Below, one piece after another: positions 9,673 through 17,954 of a stretch of DNA of 64,000 nt. The position numbers were made by a program, and so were the translations under genes. The DNA lies in contig CAZDUS010000002.1 in NCBI GenBank assembly GCA_964508705.1, positions 951-64,950 of the forward strand, written 5' to 3'. The notes under the pieces were generated by a model, which was not told where the DNA came from, made no database searches, and saw only the letters and a list, made by a program, of their open reading frames with translations. The DNA comes from an uncultured Verrucomicrobiota bacterium. Lineage in GTDB: Bacteria; Verrucomicrobiota; Kiritimatiellia; CAIKKV01; CAITUY01. How positions within the stretch are numbered: the stretch's first letter is position 1; each line of letters starts with the position of its first letter.

Positions 9673-10734
9673 ATGCAATTGATTCATGGATTAACACAGG
9701 CTGAAGTGGTGGAGCGGTGCGCCGAGATGGGACAAAAGGCGTATCGGGCAGGTCAGTTGTGGAAGTGGCTGTATGGGCAGAGGGTGTCCTCTTGGGAAGA
9801 AATGACGAACCTGCCGTCAGCTTTTAAGGATCAACTTGCCGCAACCTTCGATATTCAACCGGTCAAGGCATTGACAGTGGAGGGCGAGGCGCCGGAGACC
9901 CGCAAGATCCTTGTGGGCCTTAAGGATGGCGAGTGCGTCGAGGAGGTGCTTATTCCCGCCAAGGGGGATCGGCGCACCTTGTGTGTGTCCAGTCAGGTTG
10001 GATGCAAGTTTGCCTGCTCATTCTGTGCCAGCGGAAAGGGCGGATTTTGTCGCAGTCTCGAAGCGGGCGAGATAGTGGGGCAGGTGTTGCTGGGGTGGCG
10101 GGAATATGGCGACCGACCCACCAATATCGTGTACATGGGCATGGGGGAGCCATTTGATAATTATGATGAGGTGTTGAAGTCTATTCGTATCCTAAACGAC
10201 GGGCAGGGGATCAACATTGGCGCGCGGCATATCACAATTAGCACCAGCGGAGTGATTCCCGGGATTGAACGGATGGCAACGGAGGGCTTTCAGGTTGAGC
10301 TTTCGGTTTCGTTGCATGCGCCGGATGATGCGTTGCGTGACCAGTTGATGCCTGTGAACCGGAAATACCCGATTGCGAAATTGATTGAGGCCTGTTCCCT
10401 GTATGTGGCGGCGACAAAGCGGATAATTACATTTGAGTATACATTGATCCGCGGTGTGAATGACTCGCGAGCCCAGGCTGTGGCGTTGGCAAAACTGGTG
10501 AAACAGTTGCCTTCCAAGGTGAATCTTATTCCTCTGAGTCCAGTGGATGGATTTCAAGGGCAAGCGCCCGAAGAGGGCACGATTTCAATGTTCGTTGATG
10601 TTCTGGCCAAGGCTGGGTTGACCTCCATGGTGCGGGCCTCGAAAGGGACGAGGATCAGCGCGGCGTGCGGGCAGTTGAGGAGGAGGGTGGCGGGGGACAG
10701 AATCCAGAAGGCAGAATCCGGAATCCAGAATTAG
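9673..10734 (+). CDS. rlmN: Dual-specificity RNA methyltransferase RlmN
   Basis: CVSSQVGCKFACSFC, MGMGEP, SLHA, C-terminal AACGQL. Confidence 0.95.
   Translation: MQLIHGLTQAEVVERCAEMGQKAYRAGQLWKWLYGQRVSSWEEMTNLPSAFKDQLAATFDIQPVKALTVEGEAPETRKILVGLKDGECVEEVLIPAKGDRRTLCVSSQVGCKFACSFCASGKGGFCRSLEAGEIVGQVLLGWREYGDRPTNIVYMGMGEPFDNYDEVLKSIRILNDGQGINIGARHITISTSGVIPGIERMATEGFQVELSVSLHAPDDALRDQLMPVNRKYPIAKLIEACSLYVAATKRIITFEYTLIRGVNDSRAQAVALAKLVKQLPSKVNLIPLSPVDGFQGQAPEEGTISMFVDVLAKAGLTSMVRASKGTRISAACGQLRRRVAGDRIQKAESGIQN
10697..10731 (+). repeat. Heptamer tandem repeat in the rlmN 3' end
   Basis: ACAGAAT CCAGAAG GCAGAAT CCGGAAT CCAGAAT. Confidence 0.7.
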
Positions 10735-10752
10735 AGAAAGAGGATTGTGAGG

Positions 10753-10795
10753 GGAAAAGGGTTCAGGGTTCGTGAAGGTGAATGAGAATAGGGAG
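10753..10795 (+). repeat. Heptamer-based intergenic repeat, copy 1
   Basis: GGAAAAGGGTTCAGGGTTCG...GAATAGGGAG, matching both ends of 59801-59878. Confidence 0.6.
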
Positions 10796-10803
10796 TGTGA
10801 AAA

Positions 10804-12081
10804 TTGAATTTCAGGACGGCAATTAATTCGCGGGATGTGGCGGCGGTCATTATCCGGCGATGGATGGAGAAGGGTGAATTTCCTGACCGGCTGATGGGTA
10901 GCGTGGTTCAGGATCGGGGTTTTGTCACGGAATTGGTCTATGGCGCGGTCAAGTGGAAGCGGCAACTGGAATGGGCGGTAAAGAGGTGCTCCCGGAGTTT
11001 GCCGCCGTTGCCCTTGCGAGCACACCTGATGGTGGGGCTTTACCAAATTCTGGACATGGAGGACGTGGAAGTCTACGCGGCGGTAAATGAGACGGTGGAT
11101 GCGGTGAAGGCTCATTTTGCCCAGCCGCAGGCTGATTTTGTTAACGCAATCTTGCGGCGGGCGGCACGCGAGAAGGAGATTCTCCTGAAGGAACTGCAGG
11201 CGGAATCGATTGGCGTGCAAACGTCGCATTCTGAATTATTGGTGTCGCGCTGGACAGCGGCCTTTGGCGCGGACAAAACCCGTGCTTTGTGCGAGTGGAA
11301 TAACCGGCCGGCACAGGTGGTTGTGAGGATAAGCCCTTCCCGAATCCAGATGGATGATTTTCTTGACCGGTTGGCATCATCAGGAATGCGCGGGGAAGCG
11401 CATCCGTTTTGTCCGGATCATTTTGCCACGTTGCCGCGCGGGGTGGCGCCTGCCCGTGTTCCGGGCTACGAGGATGGCTGGTTTAGTGTGCAGGATCCCT
11501 CGACGTTCATGGCGGTTCAATTGCTGGCGCCCCAGCCGCGTGAGCGGGTGTTGGATGCGTGCGCGGCGCCCGGCGGGAAGTTGATGGCGATGGCTGAAAT
11601 GATGGGTGGCGGGGAGACGTTGGTGGCGATGGATGTGCATAATGAGCGGCTTGCCATATTGAAGGATAACCTGAAAAGGATGGGGTTGGGGGAAGTTGAG
11701 GTGGTCCGGGGGGATATGACGCAAGGGGGAGGAGTGAAAGAGTTGGAGGGACGAGTCTTTGACGCCATTCTGTTGGATGTCCCTTGTACGAACACGGGGG
11801 TGTTGAGGCGGCGGGCGGATGCCCGGTGGCGTTTTTCGATGGAGAGCATGGGGCGGGTTAACGTTACGCAACGCGCCATATTGGATGCGGCGTCGATGTA
11901 TGTGCGAAACGGAGGGCGGATGGTGTATAGCACTTGTAGTCTTGAGCCCGAGGAAGACGAGATGTTGGTTGCCGGTTGGCTGGCAAGCCATCCTTCGTTC
12001 GAGTTGGCGAAGCAAAGCAAGTTGTTTCCCGCTGTGGACGGGGTGGATGGCGCTTATGCCGCTTTGCTGGTGCGACGGTAA
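10804..12081 (+). CDS. rsmB: 16S rRNA m5C967 methyltransferase RsmB/Sun
   Basis: NusB-like N-terminus (AAVNETV, FVNAILR), VQD, VLDACAAPGGK, LLDVPC, VYSTCS. TTG start. Confidence 0.9.
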   Translation: MNFRTAINSRDVAAVIIRRWMEKGEFPDRLMGSVVQDRGFVTELVYGAVKWKRQLEWAVKRCSRSLPPLPLRAHLMVGLYQILDMEDVEVYAAVNETVDAVKAHFAQPQADFVNAILRRAAREKEILLKELQAESIGVQTSHSELLVSRWTAAFGADKTRALCEWNNRPAQVVVRISPSRIQMDDFLDRLASSGMRGEAHPFCPDHFATLPRGVAPARVPGYEDGWFSVQDPSTFMAVQLLAPQPRERVLDACAAPGGKLMAMAEMMGGGETLVAMDVHNERLAILKDNLKRMGLGEVEVVRGDMTQGGGVKELEGRVFDAILLDVPCTNTGVLRRRADARWRFSMESMGRVNVTQRAILDAASMYVRNGGRMVYSTCSLEPEEDEMLVAGWLASHPSFELAKQSKLFPAVDGVDGAYAALLVRR

Positions 12082-12094
12082 GATGTTGTAGGAT

Positions 12095-12204
12095 GACCTG
12101 TGGTCTTTTGCCATGGGGTGACGTTGATGGTTCCCGTGTCAGGCAAGCCGACAGGGAACCCCGCGTCAATGATCCATAACCTTTTAGGCTTGATTCCCGA
12201 GGTC
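12095..12204. ncRNA. Candidate structured RNA (long irregular hairpin), copy 1
   Basis: Nested pairings GACCT/AGGTC, ATGG/CCAT, TGACG/CGTCA, GGTTCCC/GGGAACC, TGTC/GACA around GGCAAGCC. An 18-nt core is shared with 15848-15865. Confidence 0.4.
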
Positions 12205-12276
12205 GCAATCGAAATAGTACATGCCCAATCAAACCGCACTTTGCGGTGACGTTATTGGATCAGCAGGAGAGCAGGT

Positions 12277-13443
12277 ATGGCTTCAGAACTCGCATTTGCA
12301 TTAATCAATCCCTACACCATTGCCAAATCCAGAACGGGTGGTGTTATTGGTCGATTGATGAGCAGGACCGGGCTTGACTTGGTGGCGGCGCGGATGTTTG
12401 GTCCGAGCCAGGAACTTGTGAATCGGTATGCGAGTTCTTTGCTGGGCAGTAATCCGATGGAAGCCGAGTTCGCAAAACTGCTTAACCAATATGTATTGAA
12501 GTCTTATATGCCGGATCCGCAGACGGGGCGGCGACGCAGGGTGATCCTGTTGTTATTTGAAGGTGAGAATGCGATACAAAAAGTTCGGGAAGCGGCGGGG
12601 CATTTGCGCGCCGGATGGGTGGGCGGCGAAACCATTCGCGACACCTATGGAGATTACATTACTGATGCCGATGGCCGGGTGACGTATTTCGAGCCTGCAG
12701 TGCTGGTGGCGCCTTCCGTGGAACGGGCGGCCTCGGTGTTGAGGTTGTGGTCGGAATACAGTGAGTCGGATGGTGGACTTGTTGATCACGGGGCTGATGT
12801 GTCCGAGAGCGAAGGTGTCCAGAGTACCCTGGTTTTAATCAAACCGGACAATTTCAGGTTTCCGAGCGGGCGGCCAGGGCACATCATTGACCTCCTGTCT
12901 CGATCGGGATTAAGGATTATTGGAGTTCGTAAATTTTCAATGACGGTGGCGGAGGCGGAAGAGTTCTATGGTCCTGTGAGATCCATACTCAGAGAGAAAT
13001 TCAAGGGGATGATGGGGCAGAAGGCGGGCGCGATTCTGGGCCGTGAATTCAAAACAGACATTCCCGAAGAGTTGGAAACGAAGATGGGCGAGTATCTCGG
13101 TCCGGTGGCTGGTGATCGTCAGTTTGAGGAAATCGTGCAGTTCATGACGGGATATCGTCCCGCCGATGTGGCGGAGGCGGACAAGGCCACGACGGGGTCT
13201 GAAAATTGTCTGGCATTGGTTTACAAGGGGATGAGCGCGGTTGAGAAGATTCGCTACCTGCTTGGGCCGACGGATCCAGCCAAAGCGCAACCTGGTTCCG
13301 TGCGGCGTGAATACGGCAGTGACATCATGGTAAACGCGGCTCACGCTTCTGACTCGCCGGAGAACGCCGTCCGTGAAATGAAAATTGTTGATGTCAAAAA
13401 AGAAACAATCAAGGAATGGGTGGCGAAATACTATGGAGCTTAA
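12277..13443 (+). CDS. ndk: Tandem-domain nucleoside diphosphate kinase family protein
   Basis: The C-domain has LIKPD, GPTDP, GSVRREYG and catalytic NAAHASDS. The N-domain is NDK-like (ETIRDTYG) but lacks the His. Confidence 0.8.
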   Translation: MASELAFALINPYTIAKSRTGGVIGRLMSRTGLDLVAARMFGPSQELVNRYASSLLGSNPMEAEFAKLLNQYVLKSYMPDPQTGRRRRVILLLFEGENAIQKVREAAGHLRAGWVGGETIRDTYGDYITDADGRVTYFEPAVLVAPSVERAASVLRLWSEYSESDGGLVDHGADVSESEGVQSTLVLIKPDNFRFPSGRPGHIIDLLSRSGLRIIGVRKFSMTVAEAEEFYGPVRSILREKFKGMMGQKAGAILGREFKTDIPEELETKMGEYLGPVAGDRQFEEIVQFMTGYRPADVAEADKATTGSENCLALVYKGMSAVEKIRYLLGPTDPAKAQPGSVRREYGSDIMVNAAHASDSPENAVREMKIVDVKKETIKEWVAKYYGA

Positions 13444-14596
13444 TAAGAAAGTGGCGGCGATCACGCCGTCGCTGACATTGGCGATTGATGCCAAAGCCAA
13501 GGCGATGGCGGCGGCGGGAGAGAAGGTTTGTGGGTTTGGCGCCGGTGAGCCGGATTTTGACACACCGGAACACATCAAGGAAGCGGCGGCCAAGGCATTG
13601 CGCGATGGCAAGACCAAGTACGCGCCGAATGACGGAATTCCCGAGTTGCGAGCGGCCATTGCTGAGAAGTTGGCATCGGAAAACAAGATGACATACCGGC
13701 CAGAGCAGGTGGTGGTCAGCAATGGAGCGAAACATTCCCTGTACAACATCTTCATGGCGTTGTGCAATGACGGGGATGAGGTGATTATTCCCGCTCCATA
13801 CTGGTTGAGTTATCCTGAAATGGTCCGCATGGCGGGTGGAGTGCCTGTTTTTGTGAGAGGCACCGAGGCAAACGGTTTGAAGATTCAGCCTGACCAGCTT
13901 GCTAAGGCCATTACGCCGCGGACGAAGGCGATGATCATGAATAGTCCGTCAAATCCGACGGGCATGGTGTATACGCCTGGCGAATTGAAGGCGTTAGCCG
14001 AGGTGGCGGTGCGGCATGGGGTTTACATTGTTTCGGATGAGATCTACGAGCGTATGGTTTACGATGGGACCCAGGCGGTCAGTGTGGGTGGCTTATCGCC
14101 GGAAATTTTCAAGTACACGATCACCGTGAACGGATTCAGTAAGCCGTATGCCATGACGGGGTGGCGCTTGGGTTACTATGCGGGGCCCATTGAGATCGTC
14201 AAGGCCGGATCGGCATTGCAGAGTCACAGTACATCAGCGCCGAACACCTTTGCTCAATATGGGGCGGTGGCTGCATTGCGCGGGCCTCAGGATTGTGTGT
14301 CGCGCATGGTGGTTGCATTTGATGAGCGGCGGAAGTATCTCCACAAGCGCCTGACGGCGATGTCCGGTGTGACGTGCGTGAAGCCGACCGGTGCCTTTTA
14401 TGTGTTTCCGAATATCTCCTCGTTCAAGCTGCCTTCCATTCGGTTCGCCGAATTATTGCTGGAGAAGGAGAAGATGGCGGTTGTTCCCGGGCTTCCGTTT
14501 GGAGCGGACGAGAACATCAGGCTTTCGTACGCCTGCAGTATGGCGAACATTGAAGAAGGTATGATCCGCTTGGAGCGGTTCGTGAAGTCGCTTTGA
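13433..14596 (+). CDS. PLP-dependent class I/II aminotransferase (aspartate aminotransferase-like)
   Basis: GEPDF, NSPSNPTG, SDEIY, GFSKPYAMTGWRLGY, IRLSYA. Start ATG 13433. Confidence 0.9.
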   Translation: MELNKKVAAITPSLTLAIDAKAKAMAAAGEKVCGFGAGEPDFDTPEHIKEAAAKALRDGKTKYAPNDGIPELRAAIAEKLASENKMTYRPEQVVVSNGAKHSLYNIFMALCNDGDEVIIPAPYWLSYPEMVRMAGGVPVFVRGTEANGLKIQPDQLAKAITPRTKAMIMNSPSNPTGMVYTPGELKALAEVAVRHGVYIVSDEIYERMVYDGTQAVSVGGLSPEIFKYTITVNGFSKPYAMTGWRLGYYAGPIEIVKAGSALQSHSTSAPNTFAQYGAVAALRGPQDCVSRMVVAFDERRKYLHKRLTAMSGVTCVKPTGAFYVFPNISSFKLPSIRFAELLLEKEKMAVVPGLPFGADENIRLSYACSMANIEEGMIRLERFVKSL

Positions 14597-14619
14597 GATC
14601 TGATGGAGATGCACTCTCT

Positions 14620-14655
14620 CTCCGGCCCTCTCCCTTGAAGGGAGCTGGGCCGGAG
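14620..14655. terminator. GC-rich REP-like hairpin between convergent genes
   Basis: CTCCGGCCC-TCTCCCTTGAAGGGAGCT-GGGCCGGAG. Confidence 0.6.
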
Positions 14656-14657
14656 CA

Positions 14658-15041
14658 TCAACCGTAGGTCTTGTGGAATTTCGGTTCCTTGGTCTCTTCT
14701 GCGGGTGGCGTTGTGCCGGGCGTCGTGGGTTCTGCGGGGGTGGGTGCCGGGGTAGGGGCTGGAGCCGGAGTTGCGGCCTTGGTTTCCACATAGTTCATTT
14801 GCAAGCTGGTCAGGGATGTTTTGATAAAGCGTTCTTCTTCCCTGTCGAGGTTTCCACGGGATTTCGCCTCAAGCATTTCCAGCATATCAATGGTTGCTTG
14901 CGCCGCCTCCAAGTTGATTTCCGTCTTGCCGGTCATCGGATTGATGATTTTTCCCATTTGTTGCATGGTCGTTGTCGACAACATGGCGATCAGGTCGAGG
15001 AACATGGCTTTGTGAATGTTTTTTTGTTGGGCGTTGTCCAT
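14658..15041 (-). CDS. DUF1844 family protein
   Basis: MGKIINPMTGK..INLEAAQATIDMLEMLEAKSRGNL..EE...L..LQMNYV plus a Pro/Thr/Ala tail. AAGGAG precedes ATG 15041. Confidence 0.85.
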   Translation of the reverse strand: MDNAQQKNIHKAMFLDLIAMLSTTTMQQMGKIINPMTGKTEINLEAAQATIDMLEMLEAKSRGNLDREEERFIKTSLTSLQMNYVETKAATPAPAPTPAPTPAEPTTPGTTPPAEETKEPKFHKTYG

Positions 15042-15097
15042 ATTTTCTCCTTTTGCCAAGAGTTATTTAACGGGCAAAATCATGATGAATTTCTAGC

Positions 15098-15120
15098 ATT
15101 TGCAGTGAGCGATTGCAAAT
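15098..15120. promoter_or_regulatory. Inverted repeat overlapping the putative DUF1844 promoter
   Basis: ATTTGCA-N9-TGCAAAT. The minus strand reads TTGCAA-N17-TAGAAA. Confidence 0.3.
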
Positions 15121-15228
15121 TCAGGTTCGGAATATTCATTAAGGAGAGGTTTGTGGAGACCTGTTGATTTGGCATTGGGCGCAAGTTGCCGTTCCTGCGT
15201 ATTAGTTTACAGGGATCCCATTGTTATC

Positions 15229-15264
15229 AAAAAACCACTCCCGAGGTTAGTCGAGAGTGGTTTT
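15229..15264 (-). terminator. Rho-independent terminator
   Basis: Minus strand AAAACCACTCTCGA-CTAACC-TCGGGAGTGGTTTTTT, downstream of 15296..15661. Confidence 0.8.
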
Positions 15265-15295
15265 GAATTAGAAAGGACCTATGAGGGCCAACAGG

Positions 15296-15661
15296 TTATC
15301 TCAAAGAGAATCGTCCTGGCGCCATTTTCTTAAAGGTCTTGTCCGTGTACATTTTGACATTCAGAGCGTTAATGGGCTCTTTTGAACGCCATTGGTAGCC
15401 ACCCTGTATCGAGGCTTCATAAATTTCGCCTACGCTCAAGGGTTTATCGGACTTTTGCAGGATGTTGGAGATCATTTCGCGTAGATTGGGCTGAGCGTTA
15501 CGCGGAATCCGCATATGACGCACATTTACTCCCAGCGACGGTCCTTTCCTTTCTGCCGCTTTTAGCACCTTGGCCATTTCCTGTTCCAACAGTTCAATTT
15601 TACGTCGAAGATTTAGAATCTTTTTCATGTCCCCGGAACTCAAGTCACTTAAGTTAATCAT
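15296..15661 (-). CDS. Small basic protein: coiled coil plus winged helix (HARE-HTH/Rok-like)
   Basis: GGAGGA RBS, heptad-rich N-terminus, C-terminal ILQKSDKPLSVGEIYE...YTDKTFKKMAPGRFSLR, own terminator. Confidence 0.75.
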   Translation of the reverse strand: MINLSDLSSGDMKKILNLRRKIELLEQEMAKVLKAAERKGPSLGVNVRHMRIPRNAQPNLREMISNILQKSDKPLSVGEIYEASIQGGYQWRSKEPINALNVKMYTDKTFKKMAPGRFSLR

Positions 15662-15783
15662 ATTATTCCTCCGCAATTTATTAACTAACAACTCATGTTA
15701 TTAGCGTACAAGAGTCAGATAGAAAGGCAAGGACTTAAATCTTGCGAAAGATGGGCTGGGCTGTGCTTATTGGTTTTGATGGG

Positions 15784-15792
15784 TGTTATAAT
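15784..15792 (+). promoter_or_regulatory. Extended -10 promoter upstream of hairpin copy 2 and pcnB
   Basis: TG-T-TATAAT. Confidence 0.5.
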
Positions 15793-15810
15793 GGGGCACT
15801 GACGATGGGT

Positions 15811-15886
15811 TGTGATGCCCGCAGGTGAGCATTTGCGGTTCATGCCGGGCAAGCCGACAGGGAACAAGTTTGTGTGGGCATTGACA
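15811..15886. ncRNA. Candidate structured RNA (hairpin), copy 2
   Basis: TGT-GATGCCCGCA pairs with TGTGGGCATT-G-ACA, inner GTTC/GAAC. Contains GGCAAGCCGACAGGGAAC. Confidence 0.4.
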
Positions 15887-15932
15887 GGTGGGATGCGAAA
15901 ATGAGAAACTAGCAACTTTCATGGGGGGAAGA

Positions 15933-17267
15933 GTGGAACCTGTTATTGTTCAGCGATCAGAGCATTCGTTAAGCCGACAGAATATCAGCCCGGAGGCACT
16001 TCGGGTGCTTTATGGCCTTAAAGAGGCGGGGTATTTTGGGTATTTGGCCGGTGGCGGGGTTCGGGACCTGTTACTGTCGCGGAAGCCCAAGGATTTTGAT
16101 GTTGTCACGGATGCTACTCCAAACGAAGTACGGAAAGTTTTCCGGAATTGTCGGCTGATTGGGCGGCGGTTCCGGTTGGCGCATGTCTTTTTCGGGCGCG
16201 ACAAGATTATCGAAGTGGCGACATTCCGGTCAGATCAGGCCGCGCCGGAAGAGGGTGAAGAGGCTCAATCCGACGGATCGCACATCAAGCGCGATGACGG
16301 TCTTATTGTAAGGGATAATTTATTCGGGACCCCGGAGCAGGACGCGCGGCGGCGGGATTTTACCGTTAATGCGCTTTTTTACGACATCCGCGATTACTCG
16401 ATTATAGACTATGTGGGTGGTTTGGAGGATTTGAATCGCCGGGTTTTGCGATTTATCGGTGATCCCGGGCTGAGGTGTGTTGAGGATCCCGTGAGAATGG
16501 TGCGAGCCGTGCGGTTTGCCGCCATGCTTGGCTTCACTTTTGAACCTGCAACGGCGGCGTCGATTCGAGAGCATCATGCTTCGCTGGCACTGGCGAATAA
16601 ATCGCGATTGTATGAAGAGGTTCAGAAATTGTTTTTCTGCGGAGCGGCAAGGAAGGCTTATGCGTTGCTCCGTGAATTTGGACTGTTTGAGATATTATTC
16701 CCGGAAATGGGGTCGTGGCTAGGTCCTGCTAAAGGGACTCCGGAGTGCAGTCGAATCAGCGCGGCTTTGAATCAGGTGGACGAATGGCGTCAGGCGGGGC
16801 GTGAAGTGTCGCCGGCGCTCTTGTTTGCGTTGATGTTTGGCGGAATGCATGAAGTGCAGGCGGGCGAGTTGACCGCGCAGGGGGAACATCCCGGCCTAGC
16901 GCTTCATTCGGTGACGCTTCAACACTTTGGCGGCCTGACCGAGCGTGTGCAGGTGCCTAAGCTGGTACGGTATCGCACGGCGGAGATTCTGGCGTCGCAG
17001 CCACGACTCGTCTCTGACAATGGGGCGCGGGCGCGGCCATTGGTTTCGCGGGATTTTTTTCCTGAAGCGGTGTCGTATCTGGAATTCAAGGCGCGATTGA
17101 CAGGGGGCCATGACGAAGCGCTTAAGCGGGTGCAGAAGATCGCGGAAGAGTGGAATGAAAGCGGTGGCGAGAGGTCGAATTGGGGAGGGCCTCGACGAGG
17201 GCGCAGGGGCCGGTCATCTTTCCGGGGTCGCCGTGAACGCACCACGGCAGATCAACCCGTCACTTGA
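15933..17267 (+). CDS. pcnB: Poly(A) polymerase I
   Basis: GGGVRDLL, KDFD, PAP signature LIGRRFRLAHV, RRDFTVNAL, EDPVRMVRA, Arg-rich tail. Start is GTG 15933 or ATG 15921. Confidence 0.92.
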   Translation: MEPVIVQRSEHSLSRQNISPEALRVLYGLKEAGYFGYLAGGGVRDLLLSRKPKDFDVVTDATPNEVRKVFRNCRLIGRRFRLAHVFFGRDKIIEVATFRSDQAAPEEGEEAQSDGSHIKRDDGLIVRDNLFGTPEQDARRRDFTVNALFYDIRDYSIIDYVGGLEDLNRRVLRFIGDPGLRCVEDPVRMVRAVRFAAMLGFTFEPATAASIREHHASLALANKSRLYEEVQKLFFCGAARKAYALLREFGLFEILFPEMGSWLGPAKGTPECSRISAALNQVDEWRQAGREVSPALLFALMFGGMHEVQAGELTAQGEHPGLALHSVTLQHFGGLTERVQVPKLVRYRTAEILASQPRLVSDNGARARPLVSRDFFPEAVSYLEFKARLTGGHDEALKRVQKIAEEWNESGGERSNWGGPRRGRRGRSSFRGRRERTTADQPVT

Positions 17268-17270
17268 CTT

Positions 17271-17936
17271 ATGCATCCACTTTCTGGAGTGCATTGTCCG
17301 CTATGTGATGCTGATACCCCAATCGGGGAGCGCGCATGGGGGCGAGTACTTCATCGCTGTCCGGTATGCGGATTACATTTTGTGCCCCCGGCCCACTGGA
17401 TGACCCCTGCTGAAGAGATTGAGCGGTATCAACTGCACAGCAATCGAATTGACGATGTGGGATATGTGCGTTTTTTGATGCCAGTCATTGATGCGTTAAG
17501 GCGGCATGGCGCAAGTGGGCGGGTGCTGGATTATGGCGCAGGGCCGTCGCCGGTTTTATTGGAGCTGCTTACCCGGGAGGGCTTCGACGCCCATGGGTAT
17601 GATCCGAATTTTGCATGCCGGTACCCGAGCGGTGGAGTTACCCTTGCTGGTGGGTCGTTTGATGCCGTTGTTTCCACGGAGGTGTTTGAGCATTTCAGGG
17701 AGCCGGCACGAGAGATGGATCGTATTCAACTTCTGGTTAAGCCTGGTGGTTTACTTGTGGTGATGACGGCGTTTGCGACAAACAATGTGAGCATGGGTGA
17801 TTGGCATTACGCCAACGATGCGACGCACATTGTTTTCTATTCCAAGGAGACGTTGCAGTACATCGCCCGGCGCTGGGGATTCACGATATTGGACTGCTGT
17901 TTGGAGCGATTGGTTGTGATGCGGCGGGGATTGTGA
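17271..17936 (+). CDS. Class I SAM-dependent methyltransferase with N-terminal zinc ribbon
   Basis: CPLC...CPVC, VLDYGAG, EVFEHF, WHY..D.THI.FYS. Confidence 0.8.
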   Translation: MHPLSGVHCPLCDADTPIGERAWGRVLHRCPVCGLHFVPPAHWMTPAEEIERYQLHSNRIDDVGYVRFLMPVIDALRRHGASGRVLDYGAGPSPVLLELLTREGFDAHGYDPNFACRYPSGGVTLAGGSFDAVVSTEVFEHFREPAREMDRIQLLVKPGGLLVVMTAFATNNVSMGDWHYANDATHIVFYSKETLQYIARRWGFTILDCCLERLVVMRRGL

Positions 17937-17954
17937 GCGGCGAGAAGCGGGGTG

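Noticed and set aside
12095-12204. Calling the hairpin SRP RNA or 6S RNA
   Set aside because: It lacks the SRP GGAA loop and AGCAG motif, and is shorter than a typical 6S with no clear large central bubble. Left unassigned.
12937-13767. Long antisense ORFs (also 11380..12114, 55808..56740, 59865..60686, 61360..62082)
   Set aside because: They lie opposite well-supported genes, have no motifs, and are expected in GC-rich DNA.
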